This document shows, one piece after another, positions 1-13,362 of a stretch of DNA of 64,000 nucleotides (the stretch's first letter is position 1; each line of letters opens with the position of its first letter). Source of the DNA: Eledone cirrhosa. Its lineage: Eukaryota. The stretch spans positions 29,388,001-29,452,000 of the forward strand of contig OZ024751.1 in the NCBI GenBank assembly GCA_964016885.1. Direction: 5' to 3'. Made by a program: the position numbers and the translations under genes. The notes beneath the pieces are model-generated. The model was given only the letters and a program-made list of their open reading frames with translations, made no database searches and was not told where the DNA came from.

Positions 1-330
1 TCAAGCCGCCAAGTTCAATTATTTTATCGACCACAAGGTCACTAGTTCAAAACTTGCTACTGTATTCTTGTTGTTGTTTTGTTTCTTTTTGCTGCTTATT
101 TTTTTAGTTATTGACCACCTCTCTAGTGCTGTAGTTATGATAAAGTACACCCAGTACACTCTGTAAAAGGGTAGTATTGGTATCTTGATAAAATGTACTC
201 TCTCATTCCACTCTGTAAAGTGATAGTGACTGTGTAACAAAAAATGCACCCAGTACACTCTGGAATGTATTAGTGTGGGTACCATGATAAAATGTACCCA
301 TTCAGTCCTCTCTGTAAAGTGGTAGTAATA

Positions 331-428
331 GGTGGTTCTACTTTTGGCACAAGGCCAGCAATTACCACAGTGCATTACTGGTACTTTAGTTGATCGACCC
401 CGTAAGGATGAAAGGCAAAGTTAACCTC
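331..428 (-). mobile_element. SINE family A, 3' half only
   Basis: Reverse complement of the 3' half of the copy at 21374-21567 (cttttggcacaaggccagcaatt...ggatgaaaggcaaagttaacctc). Confidence 0.85.
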
Positions 429-690
429 TGTCATGAAACAATGCACCAAGTACACCCCATAAAATGTTTGTGTGGGTACCATGATAAAATGTACCCACTT
501 TATAAAGTGGTAGTAATAGTATAAACAGTATACTCTGTAGAGCGGCCATGGGAAAATTGTGGCTCACGAGCTGCAAGTGTTTAAACTGCTTTGAATTGTT
601 TTAGTAGCGTGGCCTGTCATATGATGAGCCACATACTAGGTGGCTCACTGCTTGAAATACATTGCTAAGCATTCCATCATTACTATCATC

Positions 691-870
691 GGCAGTATCG
701 GTAGAGGGTCGGACACCATGCTTTGAAGCATAGAGTTACGTCCCTTTATGATCTGAGTTCAAATCCCGCCGAGGTTAACTTTGCCTTTCGTCCTTACAGG
801 GTCGATAAAATAAAGTACCAGTAATGTACTGAGGGTAATTGCTGGCCTTGTGCCAAAAGTAGAAACAGTT
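691..870 (+). mobile_element. tRNA-derived SINE family A (octopus OK-SINE-like), near full length
   Basis: GGCAGTATCGGTAGAG (A-box-like), GAGTTCAAATCCC (B-box), body aactttgcctttcgtccttacagggtcgataaaataaagtaccag; more than 15 similar copies in the window. Confidence 0.9.
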
Positions 871-1162
871 ATCATCATCATCATCATCATCACTATCACC
901 ATCATCACTATTACCATCACCATCATCACTATCATCATCAGCATTATCATCATCATTTAATATCTGTTTTCACCTGCTAGGAAAGGTTGGACATTTCTCA
1001 GCATATCTCCCAGGGTGGGGGGATGTATTCACACTTTCGTCAGCTGGATCTCTGGGGTAACATCTATTTGTTGTTCCACAAAGAACACAAGATGGACACC
1101 TTAAGAATTAATCGTTTCTCATTAGGAAAGACCTAAATCTATCTCTATCTTATATTATTTCT

Positions 1163-1323
1163 GGTGGATTGGCAGTATCGGTAGAGGGTCAGACGCCATG
1201 CTTTGCAGCATAGAGTTACACCCCTTTATGATCTCAGTTTAAATCCCACCGAGGTTAACTTTGCCTTTCATCCTTACAGGGTCGATAAAATAAAGTACCA
1301 GTAATACACTGGTATAATTGCTA
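1163..1323 (+). mobile_element. SINE family A
   Basis: Same consensus as 691-870, 3' end truncated. Confidence 0.88.
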
Positions 1324-1364
1324 TAATACATTCAATTTATAGTCAATTCAAACAGTACAGGGTT

Positions 1365-1586
1365 TACCATTTATACTCAAATATAAATCAATCCAAACAT
1401 AAGCCGATCCCACCTTATTTTATGTCTGAGAAATGGGTAAAAATCCAGACCCCATTTATAAGCAGAGGCAGCTGATCAACATGTTGTATAGATGGCATAT
1501 ATATAAGCCCCACCCTTCCGTTTTCCATTGATTTTTTTTTTTTTGTCACAACATATTCCATGGCTTATATTCGAGTGTATATGTTA
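1365..1586. mobile_element. Degenerate Tc2/pogo-like MITE
   Basis: Imperfect terminal inverted repeats taccatttatactcaaatataa / ggcttatattcgagtgtatatgtta, with internal ataagcc repeats. Confidence 0.5.
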
Positions 1587-1838
1587 AGTGAAGATGTAAA
1601 AAGATATATATGTAAACACATGCGTTTATGTACACAAACATGTTAATGTATTTATATATTTACGCGCTTCATCTTTTTTCAATCTACAGAGATATGTGTA
1701 AATATGATATGTTTACATTATATAAAAAAAATATGTGTTTGCATACTGCATACACATGTCTCACACAGTTTCTGTTAAATATTATACCGTTTATGTATTT
1801 ATAGTATACTTCAGTTGCTTACTGTACAATTTCATATA

Positions 1839-1916
1839 CATGGTGTCCCCAAAAAATATATACACACTTTCAACAGCTTTTTAATCAAAGTGTATACATT
1901 TTTAGGGGACACCCTG
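1839..1916. mobile_element. 78-bp Tc1/mariner-type MITE
   Basis: TA|catggtgtccccaaaaaatatatacacacttt ... aaagtgtatacatttttaggggacaccctg|TA: inverted termini with TA flanks. Confidence 0.75.
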
Positions 1917-2699
1917 TATAATTCAATTCATGTTATAGAATATGTGGCAATATGAAGAGCATTCAACCATAGGAACCATGTATGTGTGTGTATGTATCCT
2001 AGTTTTTAGATTAGGTATATGATAAGCCTGTATGTCATAACATGTCTAAAAGGGGATGGTCTCAGGAAGGGCATCCAGTCATAGAAACCACTTGTGTGTG
2101 TGAATCCCAGTTTTTAGATTGCATGCATGGTCCTGTAACTCATAAGGGAGTCGTAGGGGTACCATATTGACAACATTTCTGGGGCATTTTAAAACCTGGC
2201 AGAGCCTATCTCCTCTCCAGGTCTGAATACAGCAGATTTCTTCCAGAGAAGGATAAAGAGTGAGAGAATGGTAGTGAGAAAGAGAGGCAGAGGAGGAATC
2301 AATCCCAATACTAGATTGGTACTTTTTTTTTATTGACCTCAAATGGATGAAAGACAAAGTTGACCCTGGCAGGATATAAACTCGGAGAGCAGGGAGCCCC
2401 AATGAATACCACAAAACATTGTATCTGACATTTTAATGACTCTGCCAATTTCCCACCTTAATTTTTCGATTAGGTATACTATATCTCTGTATGTCTTAGG
2501 AAATTACTAAAAGGGTTGAATTCAGGAAAGAGTATCCAGTCATAAGAACCATGGGTATTTGTATGTATAGATATAGACAGGTATTCTCTGATATTCCCTG
2601 AGGTTTCATTTGGACTCATTGATAATGGATGGTACATCCAAAATATAGGGACTAATAATAATTTCCAGGATTACACCACTATCTCTGAATCTTGTTTAC

Positions 2700-3240
2700 T
2701 TAGTAGTAATGGTTGTGATAGTGGTAGTAGAAGTAGTGGTGGTGGTTATGTATATGATGGTAGTGTTAGTAATAGTAGTGGTGGTGGTAGAGTGTGGGAT
2801 AGTAGTAGTAGATGTAGTGGCATGTGTGGGATAGTAGTAGTAGTGGTGGTGTGTGGCTTAGTAGGAGTAGTAGTAGTAATGGTGGTGTATGGGATAGTAG
2901 TAGTAGTATACTTGGCCACAAGGGATCTGAGGGGACACACATCATTTTCTGTCAATTTTCTTAGTTAATCATATTGGGATGTTATTTGATGTATTGATGA
3001 GGGGAGGGGGGGGTATGAGCTGACGGTGTTGGTGGTGGTGCTGATGATGATAATGGTGGTGTGGACTGGTAGGTGGTGGTAGTGGTGGTGTGAATTTATA
3101 GATGGGGGTGATAACGGTGGTGGTGGTGGTTTGGACTGGAAGGTGGTGGTAGAGGTGTAATTTATAGATGGGGGTGGGGTGTACTGGTGGTGGTGGTGGT
3201 GGTGGTGTAACTTTGGAGATGTGGGCTGGGTGGTGGTCTG
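2700..3240. repeat. (GGT)n/(TAG)n low-complexity tract
   Basis: Directly visible degenerate trinucleotide repeats. Confidence 0.85.
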
Positions 3241-3361
3241 AACTGGTTATCTTTCGTGTGACAAAGGGCTAGAATATCTACAACTGCAACATCATTCACA
3301 CACTTACATGCTCAGAGAGAGTTTTTCTCCTAAACAAAATATATATAACCATTACCACACA

Positions 3362-3408
<47 letters not shown>

Positions 3409-3689
3409 ATGTAGATAAGTTATCCTAGTGGATGGTACTACATAATAATATTAGAAAGGGGGCAGAAAATGGCAAAGATGATAAGTAAAGAAAGACAAAA
3501 AATTAAACAATCAACCAGTCTTTGTATTTCAAGATGGAGTGTAGGCTAGCAGAGTGGCAGCAGGGTTGGCTGGTTACTGTGTTGATTTTTCTTATTTTTT
3601 TCCCTTTATCTTTGTTAGTTGTTGTGTGATTTCTTCTGTTGCTATATGGCCGGGTAATTGAATAGAGTCTTCTTCTGAAATCACTTATC

Positions 3690-3697
3690 TTTATATA

Positions 3698-3793
<96 letters not shown>

Positions 3794-3847
3794 TACATAC
3801 ATATATATATATATATTTATGTGTGTATATATGTGTGTGTGTGTATG

Positions 3848-3910
<63 letters not shown>

Positions 3911-3917
3911 GTGGGTG

Positions 3918-3957
<40 letters not shown>

Positions 3958-4268
3958 GTGTGTGTGTGTGTGTATATATATATATAGGTGTGTGTGTGCG
4001 TGTATATATAAATGTGTGAGTGTGTATATATACGTGTGTGTATATATATATGTGTATGTGTGTATATATATATATGTATGTATATGTATATGTATGTGTA
4101 TATTGGGTTGTTGTTTTTTCTTCTCTCTCGGCACATCGCTAAATATAAAATGTCTTATAATTAATAAGAATGGCTTGTGACTTTCATTTTTAAGTTAATT
4201 CCAGCGAACACCCCCTTGCCTTACACACACCCCAACCACCCCTAGTTATATGTACACTGGTAAACATC

Positions 4269-4299
<31 letters not shown>

Positions 4300-4413
4300 G
4301 CACATGCATAGATGTACACATATATTACACATACACTCACATACATATCGTTCCTTTTACATTTACTTCTCCGTGGCAGTATATACATATATATATATTT
4401 ATATATATATATA

Positions 4414-4453
<40 letters not shown>

Positions 4454-4478
4454 AATATATATACATATAAATATGTGA

Positions 4479-4519
<41 letters not shown>

Positions 4520-4568
4520 TACATATATATATATATATACATATATAAATATCCATACATATATATAA

Positions 4569-4612
<44 letters not shown>

Positions 4613-4703
4613 TTATATATATATATATATAAATGTTTGTATGTATAGGCTTATATATATATATATATATGGATATTTATATATGTATATATATGTATAT
4701 GTT

Positions 4704-4735
<32 letters not shown>

Positions 4736-4922
4736 CTTACATATTTATATGTATGTGTGTAGATAATTGCCCCATATATACACACTTCCAAGTGATGTGT
4801 AATATGGTAATACAAGGGAAAGATAGTGTTCTAAGGAAAAAAAACAAAAGAAATTTTAAAAAACAAACAGCCAGACAAGAAAACAGCAAGAAAAAGAGAC
4901 ATTACTCTCTCTCCCTCTCTCC

Positions 4923-4974
<52 letters not shown>

Positions 4975-5035
4975 TTATATACACATACAAACATATATAT
5001 ATATATATATTTATACACTCACACACATACACATT
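3690..5035. repeat. Compound (TA)n/(TG)n/(CA)n/(CT)n microsatellite blocks
   Basis: Directly visible; source of the YIYI/CVCV ORFs. Confidence 0.95.
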
Positions 5036-5291
5036 TATGTAGTCATATAGGAAATTTTATCGAGTAGCTGCTTAATTACTCCCTTTATTAATTGACCAGG
5101 GTTTCAAATTCTGCAGGAGACATAGCATTAAGTTGTTGTTGTTGTTTCATTATTTTACTGATTGTGACCATGCTGGAGCACTGTCTTAAAATGGTTTAGT
5201 TCATCATATTCATTGTATAGTCAGACCTCCTTTAGTCAGACGACTAAATTACAGGATTTACACACAGACATGGACAGACTACACACACAAT

Positions 5292-5440
5292 AGGGTTCCA
5301 ACACAGTTTCTGTCTACCAAAATTCACTGATAAGTCATTAGTCATATATAAGAGCACCCTTGGCCAAGATTCCGCATTGTTGGACTGAACCCAGGGCCAT
5401 GAAGTTGTGAAACAAATTCCTTAACCACACAGCCATACAT
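5292..5440 (-). mobile_element. tRNA-derived SINE family B, diverged
   Basis: Minus strand reads tggctgtgtggttaag...gggttcagtcc...cttggccaag...ttttggtagacagaaactg; related copies at 7145-7260 and 17330-18112. Confidence 0.75.
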
Positions 5441-6160
5441 ACACCTATGTTATGAAGGAAACTCTCTAACCTCTCTGCTATACCTACACCTATGTTGTGA
5501 AGTAAACTACTTAACTACACAGCCATATCTACACCTATATTGTGAAGTGAACACCTTAACTACACAGCCATATCTACACCTATATTGTGAAGTGAACACC
5601 TTAACTACACAGCCATATCTACACCTATGTTGTGAAGTGAGCTCCTTAACTACACAGCCATATCTACACCTATGTTGTGAAGTGAACTCCTTAACTACAC
5701 AGCCATACCTACACCTATATTGTGAAGTGAACTCCTTAACTACACAGCCATATCTACACCTATGTTGTGAAGTAAACTCCTTAACTACACAGCCATATCT
5801 ACACCTGTGTTGTGAAGTAAACTCCTTAAACACACAACCATATCTACAGCACTGTTGTAAAATGAACTCCTTAAACCTTTAGTATTTAAATTACTCTATA
5901 TTTACTATTGTTTTTTTTCATGGTAAAGGCTTTACCTCACATAATTATCTCACATAATATCGAATCTATGAGATTTTGATATTATTCATTTTGTGAACAA
6001 TACCTTAACATCAGTATGAGTGGCCGGTTACAGCCTGTTTGAACAGAAAGAGGTGAGAGAATTCTGGCCGGATATGGCCAGTTTAAATGCTAAAGGGTTA
6101 AACACTGAGCCAGATCTCCACCTATCTTGTGAAGTGAACTCCTTAACTGCACAGCCATAC
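5421..6160. repeat. 45-bp minisatellite (about 11 units), interrupted by a TTAA MITE
   Basis: Unit ttaactacacagccatatctacacctatgttgtgaagtgaactcc repeats every 45 nt (5511, 5556, 5601, ... 5826) and resumes after 6101. Confidence 0.95.
5875..6097. mobile_element. piggyBac-like MITE, family P1
   Basis: TTAA|acctttagtattta ... taaatgctaaaggg|TTAA; TTAA target duplication and CCC/GGG-type ends; six copies in the window. Confidence 0.85.
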
Positions 6161-7144
6161 TTCCTGCTTCTTTACTGAACACATCTAGAGAATAGTTTGT
6201 TCTTCGATTACTTATTATATAGAACAACACCACAGAATATCTCTACTCTTTGTAGTTCTGACAAAACAAGTCCCCTTTAAATAATCAACCACTCACCCAC
6301 CTAACCAACCACTCCAACCCACCAACCAATGACCATGTATTGTGTAAGCTTTTCACCTCGAGGAAACTCTGTTCAAAAGCAATGGACAATATTTTTGCCT
6401 TTGGCTTATAGGATGGCATCGGCTATGGAATCTCAGTTGTAGAACTTCCAGTAAAGTCTGTGATTGCCCTGAATACATGCGAGATAAATATTCACTGTCC
6501 ATTGGTGTATGGCAGATCTCAGGAAATTTAATTAAGGGTAAACACTGGAATATAACGAAAAATACAAAAACAGGCGCATTTATTAGTTTTCTTTCTTGAA
6601 AACTCAGCAACAAGTTTAGAGAAAACTTCCGGTGTCTATTAGATTCTATAAAGATACATTTTTGGTAATTGTAATGGCGGAAAGAATGGTATCTAGGAAT
6701 AATCTTTCCTGTCGCGTTTAATATTATTGTTTGGGGAAACAATATAGAGGAATTTTAATTGGAATGTATGTTCTCTTATTATTTCTATTCTTTTTATTCT
6801 TCTTATTCTTTTGCTGGTTTCATTCATTAGACTACGTCTATGCTGGAGCATTGCTGCCTTTAAGGGATTTAGTAGATCATATCAACTTCCAGTGCTTATG
6901 TTTTTTTTTTCATGTCTGGTATTTATTTTAATGATTTTTTTGTTCTAGTTGTTGTTGGTGTTATTGAACTATTAAGTTGCAAGATATAAACAAACAGTAA
7001 AAAAATGTATAACTCCAATAACACACACACACAAACACACACACACATGTACACAGACTCACATAAAACCCTTGCAAGCAGTAAAAACAGATATCAAATG
7101 CTGGTGGTGATGATATATATATATATACACATACACACACATAT

Positions 7145-7260
7145 ACAACGGGGTTCCACACAGTCTCCATCTACCAAATTTCACTCACATTACGTTGGTC
7201 AGCCCAAGGCTATAGTGGAAGACACTTACACATGGTGGCTTACCATGGAACTGAATCCAA
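7145..7260 (-). mobile_element. SINE family B fragment
   Basis: cagtctccatctaccaaatttcactcaca...aaggctatagtggaagacactt matches the family B body. Confidence 0.7.
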
Positions 7261-7529
7261 ACAGCCTCAAAACATCTCACGAGACCCATGCAAGTAGAGG
7301 ACTTAAAGATGATGATGATGATTTTTCATTAGAGCCCCCCCCCCCCCCCGTCCCCCCATCCTGAAAAAAATTTCAAAATAATGAAATCACTGTGTATTAT
7401 ACATAAAGGTTAATGTCTGGATATTATTGTCTCAAGGCATTATTTTGTGGTACTATTAAGACTTTGTGTTTTTGCATCTCTATGTTTGTCTTGTCATTTC
7501 TTTTTATATATATATATATATATATATAA

Positions 7530-7742
7530 GTCGTAACACAACAGTTAGTTCACCATACCGAGAACAATTGTTTCACCTTATGCGGATCTTCAGCTCGGAC
7601 TGGTAATCCGACTAAATATCTTCATAAGGTGAAACAATTGTTCTCGGTATGGTGAACTAACTGTGTTACTACTTCTACCAAATTCGTCCCATGGACTGAG
7701 TGCTCTACCTCTACGGATGTTACCTTCCAGTGTTCTACCTCT
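7530..7742. mobile_element. Short fold-back element (Penelope pLTR-like) between TA tracts
   Basis: Inverted arms of about 42 bp, 7541-7582 / 7623-7664; contains a hammerhead motif; tail with gagtgctc. Confidence 0.7.
7558..7598 (-). ncRNA. Minimal type-I hammerhead ribozyme motif
   Basis: Minus strand: ccgag CTGAAGA tccgcataaggt GAAA caattg TT ctcgg. Stem I ccgag/ctcgg, palindromic stem III caattg, weak stem II. Confidence 0.65.
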
Positions 7743-7889
7743 CTCTCTCTATATATATATAGTTTAGAAGTCCGACTAGCTTATAATTCCAGAGTCAGGC
7801 CTGATCAATACAGATCGAACCTTGAGCTGATCAATCACGTTAATGTGCGTCACACCTCAATAAATGTAATGAAGATCTAACACCGCGAC

Positions 7890-7935
<46 letters not shown>

Positions 7936-7936
<1 letters not shown>

Positions 7937-8140
7937 GGGCTGTGGATTGGCAGTATCGGTAGAGGGTCGGACGCCATGCTTTGCAGCATAGAGTTATGGT
8001 CCTTGACGGTCTGTGTTCAAATCCTGCCGAAGTTAACTTTGCCTTTCATCCATATGGAGTCAATAAAATGAAGCACCAGTAACGTACTAGGGGCGAGTTA
8101 ATCAACTTTCCCCTCCCCACAAATTGCTGGAAATCATTAT
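7936..8140 (+). mobile_element. SINE family A
   Basis: ggctgtggattggcagtatcggtagagggtcggacgcc...gttcaaatcc...aactttgcctttcatcc. Confidence 0.88.
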
Positions 8141-8154
8141 TATCATTATATATT

Positions 8155-8295
8155 TTAGCAGAATGGCCCGGCGTTGCTCGGGATTTTCTCTAGGGTTCTT
8201 ATATATTTGATATATATTTATCCTTCTCGAAATAAATACGTTTGTTTATATTTTGTTATTGTGTATGCAAAAATATCTGTACACGAATATATAAT

Positions 8296-8355
<60 letters not shown>

Positions 8356-8790
8356 TAACAGATTAAAGTTTAAGCAAAGAATCGCTGCTTTCACCCTTAA
8401 CGGGATCTTCTGAAACTAAAATAATAAATCTGTGAACGCAGAAGTAAATATTTCGAAAAACGTTACACACTATATATACACACACACAGCGTCATAATGA
8501 CGTAATGCAGACAGTCAGGCATACAGACATATTATAAAGGCACAACGTAATATCTATGAATCTATCTAAAAAGAGAAAGACTAAGAGAGAGAGAAAGAAA
8601 TCGCTAAATCGCCTAATGCGGTCCCTAAGGCATTGAAAATTTGAAATTTTTTTGGCTCAGAACACTCAATAGGACCATAAGTATTACATGTGTAAAGTTT
8701 GAAAACAATCGGTTGGGTGGTTCTCGAGCTTTAGTGATTGTACAGACAGACAAACAGACATTCTCTATTTTAGTAATATATATATATATA
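8155..8790 (-). mobile_element. Non-autonomous Helitron-like element (Lep1-type architecture)
   Basis: Minus-strand 3' end has GC hairpin cccgagc-aac-gccggg followed by ccattctgCTAA (CTAG-like). The 5' end is tattactaaaatagagaatgtctgtttgtctgtctg...aaccgattg. Internal segment aaagtttaagcaaagaatcgctgctttcaccct recurs at about 55975-56008. Confidence 0.6.
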
Positions 8791-9265
8791 TATGGCTCAT
8801 GTATATGTCAGTGTGGGTATATATATATATATATACACACACACTGACACATACATGGGCCATATAAACAAACTGTCACTATATATATATATATATACTC
8901 TACTCATATCCTCATACACACACACACACACACACTTACATACAGGATGATGCACAGTAATCTTTTGTCATGTTAGTTTACACCAACAACTTACAACTTA
9001 CAACACAACACAACACCACACATAATTGAAGCAGGTTAAATATACAGATACAAAAGTTAAAAATTATAAATATATTTTTATAATAACTATATTTTCTAGC
9101 ACTTTATTCTAATATCATTTCCAAGACAAGATTGGGTCGTTCTCTTACCAAATTTGGCAAAACATTATTATAAGAAGCTCTACAACTTATGAAGGTCAAT
9201 CATACTATGTTTATCTAATTTTTTTAATATTTTCCTATCATTATTTTATCAGCTTCATTATTGTT

Positions 9266-9307
<42 letters not shown>

Positions 9308-10781
9308 TAAAAAAATATCTAAATATAATATCTAAATAATATTATCTTTATTAGATCGGCCAACACTCCTTATAAAATTAAAATGCATTCCTTGTTACTC
9401 ACAGTAACACCACCGAAGGTTTTTTTTTTTTCTCTCTCTGTATGTATGTGCGTGTCTTTTTTTTTATTTTTTTAACCGTGTTGTTTATGTTTGTGTTTAA
9501 GGGTGCAGCTGTAGCTGTATCATTATTAGCGCTGAATGAGAAGCCATTCTTGAGCTGTGAGGACAAAATAGTTTGTCAGGAATAATCTAGAACTCTAACA
9601 AAATATGTTTGGGTAAGGGTAAGGAGGGGGATGGAGGGTGAAAAAATATAATAAGAAAAAATACAAAGAAAGAAAGGAAAAAAAAACAGTGTTGCAATTG
9701 ATTAGTGCAAAACAATATGCAATTTGAGAAACCTTACATAAGGTGAACTATTGATTTACACCTGTAAGGTAAAGATGGTATGAAACACAAGGTGTGTTAA
9801 ATGTTAAATTGATGATATTAGGGTCACTCTTGTTGGAAGATATTGTAATATGGAAGGTATTGTTCCTTGGTATAAGTGTGTGTAGGTGTATGTTGTGTGT
9901 GTGTATATGTATGTATATATATAAATGTGTGTGTGTGTATATATATATATGTATGTATATACACAAACACATATATATATATGTATATATATATATACAC
10001 ACACACATATATATATGTTTGTGTGTGTGCGTATATATATATATGAGTGTGTGTATGTATATACATGGATATACATGTGTGCAATCACACAATCACATGT
10101 AGCAGTGACTTTATGTATATATATATATATATATATATATAATAACAACAACTATTTACCTGTACACATATATATATCCCTTTGTAGAGCTGAATGCATT
10201 TCTTTATACAGGTGTGAATGCATTTCTTTATGCAGGTGAATGTCTTTCTGTATAGAGGTGAATGTCTTTGTTTGTTTGTAGAGATCACTGTATTTCTTTA
10301 TAAATACAGGTAAATGCCTTTCTTTATACAGATGAATGAATGTCTTTGTTTGTAGAGGTCACTGTATTTCTTTATAGATATACAGGTGAATGTGTTCTCA
10401 TTTAGGACTAACATATTAGAAAGTATAATTCTTTATAATTAGAGAGGATCTGATTAAAACATTTTTTTATATCAGTTGTGTTGTTATTTCAGTTGGGGTT
10501 CTGATTGTTGACTTTATTTCTAGCCTCATTGAAATCACTTCCTGCTATTTATATTTCTAATAATATACTAATAATGGACCCTTTATTAGTATCACAAGTT
10601 TGGTATAATCATTATGGTGGTGAATAATATACTACTAATTGGGCAATTAAAGAAACTGGTTATTTCTTGATAATACTAACAATGCTATCAAATTTTCAAA
10701 GAACAATGGCAGGTGCTCTTTCTTTCTTCTTTTTTTTTGTCTTTCTTTTTTTTTCTCCTTTTCCTCTCTCTCTCTCTCCAG

Positions 10782-10925
10782 TACTTGTGTTTATTATTCA
10801 AGGACAGACTACAGCAATAAGTGGGGGTGGGGGTGAAGCACTTGTTGAAATGGTCAGTTATAAGAATTTTTTTTTTCTTTTTTATTCTCTCACTCCACCT
10901 CTCTTCTCTCTCTTCTCTCACACTA

Positions 10926-10961
<36 letters not shown>

Positions 10962-11065
10962 TCTCTCTCTCTCTCTTTAATACTTGTGTTTATTATTCAA
11001 GGACAGACTGCAGCAATAGGTGGGAGGTTGGGGAGAAGCACTTGTTGAAATGGTCAGTAATAAGT
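10782..11065. repeat. Local duplication of about 80 bp
   Basis: tacttgtgtttattattcaaggacagact..cagcaata..gcacttgttgaaatggtcagt occurs at about 10782 and about 10981. Confidence 0.85.
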
Positions 11066-11195
11066 ATGTTTTTTTTTTGCTATCATACTACAAAAAAGTG
11101 AATATGTCACACTAAGGTTATGTTTAGAATACTAGTTTGCTGTTACTTGTACTCTGTGAATACGGACAAATTGATTCTCTGCAACACCCTACGGC

Positions 11196-11226
<31 letters not shown>

Positions 11227-11662
11227 TTCTATGTTATATAAACTCTTTGACAGACTTTTTAAATCAAATTATTTTTTTATTTTATTTCATTTCATTTAGC
11301 ATTTAATTTCATTTTTTTTTTATTTTTCTTATACCTGACATTCTTTTCAAAATTTTTATTATTTATATTTATTTATATATTTATTTGTCTGTTATCTCTC
11401 CCTTTTTTGTGTGTGTTAGTAAAAAAAAAGATGTAAAAAAAAGGACATGAAATCTTTTTCTTTTTTTTTCTTTCTTCTAGAAAAAAACAACAAAAAACTG
11501 CCAGTGTATTGTAACTAGTTGAATTGTGCCTCTGTTGTTCTGATGTTGAAATAGTAAACAGAAAAGACACTAATACAGTTTAGTTCAACGTGTGTGAGGT
11601 GGGGGACTGATAGTTAGCTAATTAGAGATTATTGTTGAAGGGTAGGGTGGTTGCTCTTCTTC

Positions 11663-11664
<2 letters not shown>

Positions 11665-11714
<50 letters not shown>

Positions 11715-11784
11715 CACACATATATATATACATATATATATATGTACACACACACACACACACATATATATATATGTACACACA

Positions 11785-11815
<31 letters not shown>

Positions 11816-11969
11816 GTACACGTATATATATACATATATATATACATATACATATATATACACACACACATGTATATATATATATATACATGTATATATG
11901 TACACATATATACATACATATATATATGTACACATATATGCATACATATATATATATATATATATATGT

Positions 11970-12062
<93 letters not shown>
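11665..12062. repeat. Compound (TA)n/(CA)n microsatellite
   Basis: Directly visible. Confidence 0.95.
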
Positions 12063-12067
<5 letters not shown>

Positions 12068-12319
12068 GTGTTACCAAGAGAACTGTGAAAGTTCCATAGA
12101 CTTGCCTTCTTCTTCTCTCTTGATTAATTTTCCCAACAAAGCCTCTATCCTTTATGTTTCTTGGGCTAAGAAATTAATCATCTCTAAGTCGGAACTTATG
12201 AAATACACCATTAATTTGGCTACTTTCAACATAAGGTCAATGTTATCTTCTTATTTTATTTTATTTTTATTTCATTTTATTTTATTTTATTTTATTTTAC
12301 TCTATACTGGTTATTCATT

Positions 12320-12660
12320 CATTTATCATCGTCATTCTCATCATCAATATCATCATTATACTCATTATCTTTATTATCGTCATTAGCTGTATCATCATCA
12401 TCACCATCGTCAATGTTATCATTGTTCACCACAATCATCATCTTTATCATCATCATCTTTATTATCATCATCATCAACTTTATCATTGTCATCATCATCA
12501 TCATTGTCATCATTGTTCTCATCCTTCTCATCATCCTTAACATCACTATCACCACCTTCATCATCATCATTGTTATCGTCATTCTCATTCTCATCACCAT
12601 CACCATGTTCCATGCTAGCGTACATTGGATGAGTAATCCCAATCTATGACCAGACATATC
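12320..12660 (-). repeat. Degenerate (CAT)n tract, probably an expanded tail of an RTE-type element
   Basis: (CAT)-rich run followed by ttccatgctagc, like the RTE 3' end at 47366-47420. Confidence 0.6.
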
Positions 12661-13181
12661 AGAGAACCATGTCTTGCTCGTGTTTCATTTGGGATTGGTT
12701 TCTACATCAAACTGCCTTTCTTAATGTCAACCATATTACAGTGTTTATTGTGTGTATTTTAACATGACCTTAACACTAGAGAGGTTGATGTGTCCTTGAC
12801 ATTACTGAAGGGTCCTCCCGAGCCTATTGATAAGTTATAATTATGAATTTAAGAGGGTCCTGTGTTAAAGTTGCAGCATAATTTATTCTTATTTTATATT
12901 GGCTGTATTGGTAGAGCGTTGGACAACATACTTCGTGCCATAGAGTTACAGCCCTTTACTCTCTGAGTTTGAATCTCACCAAGGTTAGATATAACCAACA
13001 TTGGCTTTCTGACCAAATTTGCTGGGGTTGTGTCTAAATTAAAACCCTATATCAAATATGTGACATGATGTTGTGGATGTTTATGCAGGTGTGGTGAGCT
13101 GCATATATTCTAGCTATTAGAAAAAGCAAAATGAATTCTTCACCTTCGAAAGAGGGGTGACTTAAGGAGAAGAAGAAGATA

Positions 13182-13362
13182 CATTGAAATTCCGTTATAA
13201 CGAAATTCATGAGATATAAAAAAAAAATTCATTGTAACAAAAATTCCTTTATAACAAGATTGACCGAAACAAATTGAGCGTTTGTTTGCCTCAGAGATTG
13301 AAAAAATTTGAGTATACTGAAAAATTTGTTATAATGGTATTCGTTATAACGGAATTTTGCTG
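13182..13362. mobile_element. pogo/Tigger-like MITE
   Basis: Inverted termini cattgaaattccgttataacgaa / ttcgttataacggaattttgctg, with internal gttataac-like repeats. Confidence 0.65.

Noticed and set aside
1000-1050. Hammerhead at minus-strand CTGACGA
   Set aside because: Followed by GAAT, with no convincing stem II or III.
5507-5882. Cys/His-rich repetitive ORFs resembling zinc fingers
   Set aside because: Product of the 45-bp SINE-derived minisatellite.
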